DNA from: Pachysolen tannophilus NRRL Y-2460
Lineage: Eukaryota
Assembly (NCBI GenBank): GCA_001661245.1
Contig: KV454014.1
Location: forward strand, 1,321,989 to 1,385,988
Length of the DNA: 64,000 bases
Direction of reading: 5' to 3'
Shown here: piece after piece, positions 22,008-31,004 of the stretch
How positions within the stretch are numbered: position 1 is the stretch's first letter
Layout: the number at the start of each line of letters is the position of its first letter
Notes under the pieces: model-generated
Databases searched by the model: none
Seen by the model: the letters and a program-made list of their open reading frames with translations, nothing else
What the model was told of the DNA's origin: nothing
Program-made: the position numbers and the translations under genes

Positions 22008-24869
22008 ATGACTGACCAGGAAAAGATAATAGTTACAATTCCATTTTATTATTTTTCATTTACCAAGCCTGATTCTAAAAGCTTAATCTATGAAAATATT
22101 GAACATGTTCGTTGGGAATTAGTGAACAACAATTTAAATGTAAACAATTTGACATTTATTAAAACATATATAATTGAGTTGAAACTGAAATATGCAAATG
22201 AGAATGTGGATATCATTTTAAATGATTCAAGATTAGATGAAAGTAATAAATTTGTCATAAACATTATAGGATTTGATATAAGTTTAGTTAATGAGATAAA
22301 ACTGAAATTATTGCAAAATTATAATAGAATAGTGAAAAAAGATGATTTTTTATTTATCAACAAAGTTAGAGATAATTATCTATTTAGTGAAACTGGTCAT
22401 TTGAAAAAAGAATTTACATCTTCATTAGATAATATTTGCAAATATTGTAAAATATCAATTTCAATACAACAAAAAGATTTAAACAATTTTGGAATTAATT
22501 TTATCAGTTTTTATACAGCAAGTATTATGGCAGAAAATAGAATACGACTCGCAATTGATAGTTTAAATCCAATTCTTTATGTTGATTATATAGATCTCAA
22601 ATCAGTATCAATTTTACCCTTAATTGGTGGTATCAAATTCAATAATTTTAAACAAATTGTTAAACAAACAAATTGTCATTTATATTTACCAAATGTTTTA
22701 TCTACAGTATCTGTCAATAATGATATATCAGAAAATGAAGTAGAAACTAAGATTTTCATTACAGGTTTAAAATCTCAAGTTTTCTTAACAAAACATTTAC
22801 TTTCAAAATTGATTAAAAATTTTACAAATGTTGACAATACTAAAACTACAAATTTATTTATTAAAAATTGTTTGGCAAATACTACGAAAAAAGATTTAAT
22901 AATCTTGTTAAATCATGAAGATGAGCCATTACAACAAATTATCTATAATAATGGATGTTTTATTCAACTTTCTTCTTTGGGCAGTGAATCAAAAGATGAA
23001 ACTATTATTCATTTCCAAGCTTCCAATTCAGAAGCTATTGAAAATTCTATAAATGAAGTAATGGCTTTGTTTGGTAACTATTATAATGTGATTTGTAATT
23101 TAGACTCTGTGGATCCCGGTTATATTAATAACTTTATTAGTGAAATTTTATTCAAAACAAACAACATAATAACATTAAATGGTAAACAGTTGAAGATTTG
23201 TGGTCCTCGTTCAGATATCAAAAGATCAGTTTCAACATTAAATAGCTTACAATTTTCAAACAATTCAGCGTTTAGTAATATTAAATATCAGATTGAATTG
23301 GACAACGAGGAAAGGGATTTTATTGGAGGCAAAAAAAATGGTAAAATGCTCAAGATTATGAATAATTCAAAAGTTCTGCTTAAGATACTTCTGTACACTG
23401 AACATAATTTTATAATCGAATTACATGCTAGTACTTTAAATGACTCAATTATTGGGTTAAAATTATTAGAAGATGAATTACCAACTACTTTAACTTTCAA
23501 TGTTCCAGAAAGTTTCCATAGACAAATTATAGGAGTTGGTGGGTCAACTGTCCAAACAATTATGAGAAAATACAATGTTTTCATAAAATTTTCAAACACG
23601 TTTGTTTATGAAAATAGTAATACTACAAATCTGGAGCAAATGTTTAGTCCAGTTCAATCTTTTATCAGAAAAGATAATGTTATAATTAAATGTCCTTCAA
23701 AAAATGGTTGTAATGTTCCTTATGCCCAATTAGAATTAAAAAAATTGGTAGAAAACTGTTCAAATTCAAATTATTATAGTACATTTATTAAACTATCAAG
23801 GTCTTCATGGAGACTTCTTTCCAACAATTCTATTGGTATTAATAATGAAACTTTGAAACTAAATGAAAATACCTCAAATTCAAATTTCATAAACGATTTG
23901 GAGAAAAGAACAAATACTTTAATAAATTATAGTCAATTTGAACCGTCAAACTCAATAGAATTATTAGAAATTAAAGGTATTGATAAAAATTCAGTTGAAT
24001 GTTCCAAGATTTTTGAAAAAGATTATATGCCTTTGAATTATGAATTCAAATTATCATTCAATAAAGATTTTTACAAAATTTATTTATTTGATAAAAATGG
24101 TAAACTGAGTTTACAAAAATTTGGAATTGATCAAAAAAATGTTGGGTATAAATTTTTAAATCAAATTATAGTACCTTTCAAGATTATGTATAACATTGAA
24201 GTACAAGCTTTTTATGATCCAAAATTAGAAAATGATGAAGAAGATTTGTTTAATAATAATAAAAGCAAAGAGAATGATTTGGAAAATACAACGAGAACTT
24301 CGTTATTAACGATTTCTAATAACGTAAAAAATTATTGTTCAGAGCTCAGATTTGATGATTTTAATAACAACAATAATGGCACTGCTGTTAATCCACAGTT
24401 TCACTCTATAATATTAACTTTCTTTAAAGAATCAGAAAAGCATATAAAAGATTGTATTGAAATAATGACAAATTTCTTAAGAGAAAATAATTTTATGATC
24501 ATTGATAAGGCAATGGTTGAAAACAAAAGTTATATAGTAAATGGTTCTTGCTTTAAGCATTTACAAAATAATAAAGAAAACTTTTGTTTCCAACAACAAC
24601 CATCACAGCCGGAACCCATACAACCGCCGCGATTACAACCTACTTTTACCGCTAATCATCAACAACTTCTACAATCACAGCAAGAAGTTACAAATCAAGA
24701 TTTAACTTATAGCTACAATAATAATGAAAGAATTCCTTTAAGGTCTAACGATACAAATTTACAATATGCAATTAACAACAAATTACCAATTTTAAACAAT
24801 CATCAGTTTTTCAGTAACAATAATAATAATAAAACTAATACACATAACACTCTGTTACCCAAGTTTTAA
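22008..24869 (+). CDS. Multi-KH-domain RNA-binding protein (YLL032C-like)
   Basis: KH GxxG loops DFIGGKKNGK and VPESFHRQIIGVGGSTVQTIMRKYNVFIKFSN; Q/N-rich tail; first ATG at 22008. Confidence 0.8.
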   Translation: MTDQEKIIVTIPFYYFSFTKPDSKSLIYENIEHVRWELVNNNLNVNNLTFIKTYIIELKLKYANENVDIILNDSRLDESNKFVINIIGFDISLVNEIKLKLLQNYNRIVKKDDFLFINKVRDNYLFSETGHLKKEFTSSLDNICKYCKISISIQQKDLNNFGINFISFYTASIMAENRIRLAIDSLNPILYVDYIDLKSVSILPLIGGIKFNNFKQIVKQTNCHLYLPNVLSTVSVNNDISENEVETKIFITGLKSQVFLTKHLLSKLIKNFTNVDNTKTTNLFIKNCLANTTKKDLIILLNHEDEPLQQIIYNNGCFIQLSSLGSESKDETIIHFQASNSEAIENSINEVMALFGNYYNVICNLDSVDPGYINNFISEILFKTNNIITLNGKQLKICGPRSDIKRSVSTLNSLQFSNNSAFSNIKYQIELDNEERDFIGGKKNGKMLKIMNNSKVLLKILLYTEHNFIIELHASTLNDSIIGLKLLEDELPTTLTFNVPESFHRQIIGVGGSTVQTIMRKYNVFIKFSNTFVYENSNTTNLEQMFSPVQSFIRKDNVIIKCPSKNGCNVPYAQLELKKLVENCSNSNYYSTFIKLSRSSWRLLSNNSIGINNETLKLNENTSNSNFINDLEKRTNTLINYSQFEPSNSIELLEIKGIDKNSVECSKIFEKDYMPLNYEFKLSFNKDFYKIYLFDKNGKLSLQKFGIDQKNVGYKFLNQIIVPFKIMYNIEVQAFYDPKLENDEEDLFNNNKSKENDLENTTRTSLLTISNNVKNYCSELRFDDFNNNNNGTAVNPQFHSIILTFFKESEKHIKDCIEIMTNFLRENNFMIIDKAMVENKSYIVNGSCFKHLQNNKENFCFQQQPSQPEPIQPPRLQPTFTANHQQLLQSQQEVTNQDLTYSYNNNERIPLRSNDTNLQYAINNKLPILNNHQFFSNNNNNKTNTHNTLLPKF

Positions 24870-24870
24870 A

Positions 24871-24901
<31 letters not shown>

Positions 24902-25251
24902 AATACATTTTTTACTTTTCTATAGTTCATTAGTATACTCTCATTAAATATACAAACCTAACTTTGATACCTCATTAACTTGAATACTTTAATGAACTGG
25001 TCATCTAAAATCTTGTTTTAATAATATATTCGGGGTACATCGAAGCTTTTATGCACTACTAGAATTACTTGCATGATATTAAAAGTAAATAAGGTGAGTA
25101 CAAGAATTATCACAAAGTTCTAGTTCTTCTTCTGTTTATGATATAAAAAGACAGTTATTTCCACCTAATCTGAATTGCTTTAAAGTTTAATCTCTCTATT
25201 TATATAATTTTTTGTTTTTTTCAATATTATTTCATTGAAGTTTAAAAAGTG

Positions 25252-25554
25252 ATGATGTTAAAATCAAACGTCTGTAGGTTTATGCAAAAACAGGCCATTG
25301 CAACAAGAAGCCCAGTTATTCTTTCAAGAAGAAATTTCAATATTGTTTCTTCAAAACCAAAAGTTAAAGAGCCAAAGGAAAAACCAGAAGATACTCATTC
25401 GGCAAGTTTCAAGCCACAGGAAGAAAAAATACCAGAGACAGAAATAGCTCACGATAGAGAAATTGTATCTGAAAATGTAAAAGGTTACAAAGACTTACAG
25501 GATAAGGGATCCAAAGTTGAGTTGGAACAAGAACGTCCGGAAGATGAAATGTGA
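25252..25554 (+). CDS. Small mitochondrial protein, Fmp16-like
   Basis: Basic presequence ending LSRRNF; C-terminal DLQDKGSKVELEQERPED resembles the recalled Fmp16 C-terminus; TATAAAA at 25142. Confidence 0.6.
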   Translation: MMLKSNVCRFMQKQAIATRSPVILSRRNFNIVSSKPKVKEPKEKPEDTHSASFKPQEEKIPETEIAHDREIVSENVKGYKDLQDKGSKVELEQERPEDEM

Positions 25555-26079
25555 TATGTTTTTTCATTTATCTAATTATTACTTTTTCTATATGTGATTA
25601 GTTAATTTTATCATATAGTTATGGCGAACTTGAACGAAAAAACCTTGTTAAATTAGTTCATTTTTTTCATTTTTATCTTTATTTATATATATATGTATAT
25701 GTATATATTCATTTATTTATTCCAATAAGTTACATTTATCCGCTTAAAATCAATTATTTATTCTGATGACTTTATTTGAATTTTGACTTATCGTCATCAG
25801 AAAAAAAAAAAAATTAAAACATAAATGAAAATAATTAGGAAAATAGTTTTATTAGCTTGTATTGACCTTAATTCTAAATATGCTATTAAATGAAATAATG
25901 TAAATGATATACGCCAAAATAAAATAAATAAATAAAGAAAAAAATGAAATAATAATAAAAGAAAAAAAGGAAAGCAACTTCTATCAAACGGAAAATATGA
26001 AAGTGAAGAGACAGGAAAAAAATTGCTTTCCGTCTTGCTTGCGGAAATTGGATGTTTTGGTGAGTAATCTCTTAAAAAT

Positions 26080-26652
26080 TCATTTAGAAATTGGCTCACC
26101 TTTACGCAATTCTTCTTCAGACCATCTTTTTTCAGCATCTAAAAACTCGGCTTGTAATGCATCTCTCTTTGAAATTGGTTCACCTTTACGTAATTCCTCT
26201 TCAGACCATCTCTTTTTGGCATCTAAAAATTCAGCTTTCAATGCCTCTCTTTTTGAAATTGGTTCACCTTTACGCAATTCCTCTTCAGACCATCTTTTCT
26301 CAGCATCTAAAAACTCGGCTTGTAATGCCTCTCTTTTCGAAATTGGTTCACCTTTACGCAATTCTTCTTCAGACCATCTCTTTTTAATCTCTAAAAATTC
26401 GGCTTGTAATGCATCTCTCTTTGAAATTGGTTCACCTTTACGCAATTCTTCTTCAGACCATCTTTTCTCGGCATCCAAAAATTCGGCCTGCAGTGCTTCT
26501 CTTTTTGAAATTGGTTCACCATATTCTAACTCTTCTTCAGTCCAAGGTTGAGCTTCTCTTTTCAAACTTTGACCGGAAATGGAAACTGGAGCGGCGTTGG
26601 TAAAACATAAAAATGTTAAAATTGAAATCAAAACTGTTGATGAAAACTTCAT
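26080..26652 (-). CDS. Secreted Kex2-processed repeat peptide precursor, alpha-pheromone-like (190 aa)
   Basis: Signal peptide MKFSSTVLISILTFLCFTNA; short pro-region ending KR; KR-flanked 13-mers WTEEELEYGEPIS x1 and WSEEELRKGEPIS x5 separated by KR-flanked 11-mers. Confidence 0.9.
   Translation of the reverse strand: MKFSSTVLISILTFLCFTNAAPVSISGQSLKREAQPWTEEELEYGEPISKREALQAEFLDAEKRWSEEELRKGEPISKRDALQAEFLEIKKRWSEEELRKGEPISKREALQAEFLDAEKRWSEEELRKGEPISKREALKAEFLDAKKRWSEEELRKGEPISKRDALQAEFLDAEKRWSEEELRKGEPISK
26083..26544 (-). repeat. 84-bp (28-aa) tandem repeat, about 5.5 units
   Basis: 13-mer coding blocks recur every 84 nt (26544, 26460, 26376, 26292, 26208, 26124) with synonymous variation. 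Confidence 0.95.
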
Positions 26653-26781
26653 TTTTTTTTCCTTCCTGAGTTTATTGTAAGATGGCAATTAATTGTATTT
26701 AAAAGATTAGGAAATTGTTATTTTTGATTTTGATCTAGTAAGATAGAAAAATAATCTTGGTAAATCAAAGATCTGACTTGC

Positions 26782-27227
26782 TTTATATACGAAAACAATT
26801 CTGAAAATATAAAAACATAAAAAGGTAAGAAATATCCCCAATATAGAAGAATGAAACAAGGGTTCCAAACAATTTACAGGCCAACTTAATACTTCAACCA
26901 AGATTTATCAATTAATGAACCTCAAATCGGTGTTTTGAAATTGATCTGGAGGTAAAAAATTACTCTAAAAACAATCCAAATTAGGGGGAAAACTGGGTAC
27001 TAAACATTACAAAACATATTTGATTGAATAAATTCACAAGCCATAATTTGTTTGTCAAGCTATTTCTCCTCACAAAACAAATTTAAGCATACCATTAAAC
27101 TATTTCAGATCTTCCTTACATATGGAGTTTAATACTTGTGCATTGACTGAGAGATGTGATGGCCAATAAATGTGATGAGCTTTGATTCTAGTTTCAGAGT
27201 AGCCCCTTTACTATCCCAATTAGGAAA
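26782..27227 (-). promoter_or_regulatory. Promoter of the repeat precursor: TATA, Ste12 PRE-like and Mcm1-like sites
   Basis: TATATAAA (-) 26782-26789; TGAAACA 26852-26858; CCAAATTAGG 26976-26985; CCCAATTAGGAAA 27215-27227. Confidence 0.6.
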
Positions 27228-27873
27228 CTTTTTTTTAAATGATATTCTATTAAAAAGGGATGCAGATGTCAGTTAATGTCTCTATTGTTTAACTGAAGAA
27301 CTAAGTTAGTTGGATTTTGTCTTTTTTGAGTCTTTTGATAAGATTTATTTAATTAAAAAGTTCGAAAGCGTTTTTTATTTTTTTTTTTATTGTTCATAAG
27401 AATTTCAGCGTAAATTGGTTGTTACAAGGTATAAAAGATTGAAAATAAAAGTAATATTTTAATAAAAAGTGGACATAAAGTTTGAGGCTCACAAACACTA
27501 TTTTTTAAGATGAATTAAAATCTTATTGAAATCAAATGTAAGTAAAATGACAAATTAGTGGTGCTCCTCTTCCCATAAAAGTCTAGCTTAACTTATAAAA
27601 CCAAAAAAAAAAAAAAAATAGCTTTTTTTTTTTTTTTTCTACTTCAATTTACCAATGAAGAAATATAAAATGCCTTAATCAAAGATGATTATTAAATTAA
27701 TAACCTAACATCAGCAGTTTCTAAGCTCTAATGTAATTTATAACGGTACAGTGGTAACGAACTAAACTTCAAACAATGTTTTATTGATTCATATTCACGT
27801 TTCATAATTGTTCAATTCGTCTTTTAATTCATATCAAAATCTTCAATTGATGGGTACTATGTTACATCTTTTA

Positions 27874-28311
27874 CTACATGATGGGAAGTGGCCTAGTTCT
27901 GAAAACAATTTTTTTGTCCACAATTTCTATCATTTCGATTTTAGAAGAAGAATTTTTATTTTCATCATTTTCAACATGATTACTGAATTTTAAGACGCCT
28001 AACGGTGGGTCAATACTTTCTACTGTCCCCACCAACCTCTGACTTTTCCCAATATACAAAGTAGCCTTGTTATTATCCTCCAACTGCAAATCACCAAATT
28101 TAATTGCTTGCCTAACTAAATCAGAGTCAATAGCAGTATCATCTAATAACTGATGAGTTGAATTTAATTTTGTTGGAAGATTTAATACACCTTGAATCTC
28201 TAGTATCAGCAACCCACCCGGCGTATCTATCAACGAACTATTATTTTGAATTCCCTCTTTCGACTCCAATCTATCATGAGCCTTGGAATAATCTACCTCC
28301 AGAGATGGCAT
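27874..28311 (-). CDS. CTF8: Ctf18-RFC subunit Ctf8
   Basis: TPGGLxILEIQG, LYIGKSQRLVG and C-terminal KIVFRTRPLPIM. Confidence 0.92.
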   Translation of the reverse strand: MPSLEVDYSKAHDRLESKEGIQNNSSLIDTPGGLLILEIQGVLNLPTKLNSTHQLLDDTAIDSDLVRQAIKFGDLQLEDNNKATLYIGKSQRLVGTVESIDPPLGVLKFSNHVENDENKNSSSKIEMIEIVDKKIVFRTRPLPIM

Positions 28312-28562
28312 CCTTTCGTTTTATTCTTAATCATTGAAGATTAATCATTTGATGGAAACGCGCTATTCAAATTTATATAGCAAAAGGGTTTTGAAATTAT
28401 GAACACTACTTTGCAAAAATGTAATTTTAAATTCTTATCAAAACCAGTTTAAATGAATGAATGAATGAATTAGTGAATGAATGAATAAATGAATGATGAT
28501 ATAATTATTATTCAAAGTTTTTGACGTGACGTTTTGTTAATTGTTGTGATTAATAATTGGTG

Positions 28563-29495
28563 ATGACTTCTTGGATTCCATTTTTGTATAAATCATCTAA
28601 TAAAAATAAGGGTAATGCTATTGAAGTGTTTGAAAAAGAGTTGAAGTTGATTTCTTTAAATATAAGTAAATTGACTGAGAAATCAAATCAAATAATTAAA
28701 TCACAGAAAACTGTTAAATTTCATTCGATAATTTATTTTATACTGTGTTATTTGGTATATTTGTTTTATTTATTTGTATTGTGTAGTGGGAAATTAGAAC
28801 CACATGATTCATTAGGGTTAGTGATATCACCTATATTATTTAGGTTATACCTTTTCCTGTTAAAATCTATTTATAATAGGAGAATAAATAGTTTAAGTAT
28901 TAAGATTGAAAATTTAAAACAAGATCATCTGGATAAGATAGATGAATTAAAAGAATTAACAAATTTTGCCAAGACAAAGGATATTTTAAGAAAATTTAAT
29001 GAAGAAGGAGAAGATTTAGAAGAATTACTGAAAAAAAATCAACAAGAATATTTTGAAAATTTACAACTTAATAATGTTATACCAAATCAACTGCAATTAC
29101 CACAAAGAGGTCAAAATAATTTCAGTTTAATGGATAAACTTATGCAATTTATTATTGGTGAAGATGAACTTTCTCCTAATCAAAGGTATGCATTAATTTG
29201 TTCAAAATGTTTCCAACATAATGGGTTAGCACCACCAAGCAGAATTCCTAAATATGTTAAATATAGGTGTCCCAACTGTGGTGAACTTAATGGAGAAGAT
29301 GATCCAATTTTGGTAAATGAGGGTGGAAAAGAGGAAACAGAAATAGATGTACTGGAACAAGAACTTAAGGAGACAAAAGATAACGAGAATGAAAAAGTAC
29401 CTGTTAATATTGTTGATAATGAAGGAGATTCAAGCAGTGGCAGTGGTGCTAATAAATATAACGAGAATTCAGCTGCTAGTATTACGAAAAGATAG
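28563..29495 (+). CDS. LNP1: Lunapark ER junction protein
   Basis: Two TM segments, coiled coil, RYALICSKCFQHNGLAPP...YRCPNCGELN zinc ribbon. Confidence 0.93.
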   Translation: MTSWIPFLYKSSNKNKGNAIEVFEKELKLISLNISKLTEKSNQIIKSQKTVKFHSIIYFILCYLVYLFYLFVLCSGKLEPHDSLGLVISPILFRLYLFLLKSIYNRRINSLSIKIENLKQDHLDKIDELKELTNFAKTKDILRKFNEEGEDLEELLKKNQQEYFENLQLNNVIPNQLQLPQRGQNNFSLMDKLMQFIIGEDELSPNQRYALICSKCFQHNGLAPPSRIPKYVKYRCPNCGELNGEDDPILVNEGGKEETEIDVLEQELKETKDNENEKVPVNIVDNEGDSSSGSGANKYNENSAASITKR

Positions 29496-29590
29496 TACTG
29501 CAATTATTTTTTGCTTTTTTTTTTGGAAAAAAGGGTAGTATTTATTTATTTAGTTAATACATACAGTTTTTTTTTTTCTTATTTTTTTGC

Positions 29591-30151
29591 TTATGGGGAT
29601 AAAGACATGATAGCATTAACCATATCACCTTTATGATCTTTTAATGCCTTAACAGCCTTCTTTCTTGAAACATTGGTTTGTTCAACAACAATGTCAATAT
29701 CAGCGGAATCTAAACCAGTTTCATCAACTGGCTCACCATCGTCGTCATTGTCATCTTCATTTTTAGCATTTTCTTTCAATGCAGCAGAAGCTTCCAAGTC
29801 AGCAGTGATTGAAGCTGGATCTTTTGAAGGAATCTCTGAACCAGTAGCATTAGCATTAGCAGCAGAACCTTCTTCAGCAGCAGCAGCAGCAGCAGCAGCC
29901 TGTTGATATCTCTTGTTCAAGTCTTCAACTTTACATTCACCAAAGACGACGTATGCACCACCTTGAGATTTATAAACTTCTGGTCTATCAATTGCAAAGA
30001 CAAAATTACCCTTTTTCTTAAAAGTAACTCTTGAAATACCTGTAATTTGTTTTAAACCTAATTTTAAAATTAATTTCTTTGCTTTTTTTTCATTTTTCGA
30101 TAAAATCGAAACTTCTGCACCTGCAGGAATTTCTTCTTGTTCGATTGACAT
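29591..30151 (-). CDS. EGD2: Nascent polypeptide-associated complex alpha subunit
   Basis: SKNEKKAKKLILKLGLK NAC domain and C-terminal UBA GDMVNAIMSL. Confidence 0.96.
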   Translation of the reverse strand: MSIEQEEIPAGAEVSILSKNEKKAKKLILKLGLKQITGISRVTFKKKGNFVFAIDRPEVYKSQGGAYVVFGECKVEDLNKRYQQAAAAAAAAEEGSAANANATGSEIPSKDPASITADLEASAALKENAKNEDDNDDDGEPVDETGLDSADIDIVVEQTNVSRKKAVKALKDHKGDMVNAIMSLSP

Positions 30152-30314
30152 TTTTATCTTTTAAATAATATAAAATTTGATTTTCTTATTAAAGAATTAA
30201 TATGAATAATTATTAATATCTAGTAAAACTGTTTTATAAAATGGTTTACTGAAAAAATCGTCGTCCAACAATTTTTCACTCATCAAATTGATTGACCATG
30301 GAAAAAGGCACCTG

Positions 30315-30349
<35 letters not shown>

Positions 30350-30450
30350 CCGGGTAAATACAAACATCTCACACCATAATAAAAAGAAAGTCTTACACCA
30401 CACACACCATTTGCACCACCACCTACACCACAAAAAATTTTTAAAAAATT

Positions 30451-30521
30451 TGCGCAAACCCGGAATCGAACCGGGGGCCCAACGATGGCAACGTTGGATT
30501 TTACCACTAAACCATTTGCGC
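30451..30521 (-). tRNA. tRNA-Gly(GCC)
   Basis: Reverse complement GCGCAAATGGTTTAGTGGTAAAATCCAACGTTGCCATCGTTGGGCCCCCGGTTCGATTCCGGGTTTGCGCA; cloverleaf, A/B boxes, T6 Pol III terminator just downstream. Confidence 0.98.
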
Positions 30522-30887
30522 TTACAACTTGGTACTGATTTGTTTTTTTTGTCCTTTTTTTTAAGGAAAAAACCACTTTACTAAACAATCTAGAATTAAC
30601 TATCCAACTAGTTTTATCCAACTAGTTTAAATTCAACTAATAAAATTGACTTGGCTAAAAAAACTTATTGATTTCTTATAATAACTACAAGTAAAATCTT
30701 AGTTAGATTCACATCTCTCATTATTATTATTATTATAATAGTTTATCTTGATTAATTTTTATACACTGCCTTTTAAAGCCCGTGCGTTTTTAAAATTTTC
30801 TTTACTTTTACTAAGCGGTTGTGTATTATTTCTAAAAATTCTCATAATAATAATAATAATAATAATAAATTTCAAGTATTATTGTTA

Positions 30888-30918
<31 letters not shown>

Positions 30919-31004
30919 CATATATATATATGTATATATAGATAGATATAGCCTTTTGAGGAAGTAGAAGGTCTGTTAGCTATATAGTGGCTAGATATAG
31001 TTAG

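Noticed and set aside
26083..26544. Regular repeat array resembling CRISPR
   Set aside because: Eukaryotic in-frame coding repeat with no unique spacers and no cas genes
25997..26603. Plus-strand repetitive ORFs of 184, 98 and 64 aa
   Set aside because: Antisense shadows of the 84-bp repeat; only the minus frame has a signal peptide, KR sites and synonymous variation
30197..30621. ORFs overlapping the tRNA gene
   Set aside because: Driven by poly-A/T runs; the region is the EGD2 promoter plus tRNA-Gly
30601..30628. 14-bp tandem duplication upstream of the tRNA as a possible transposon footprint
   Set aside because: No LTR termini or other element sequence; a simple local duplication suffices
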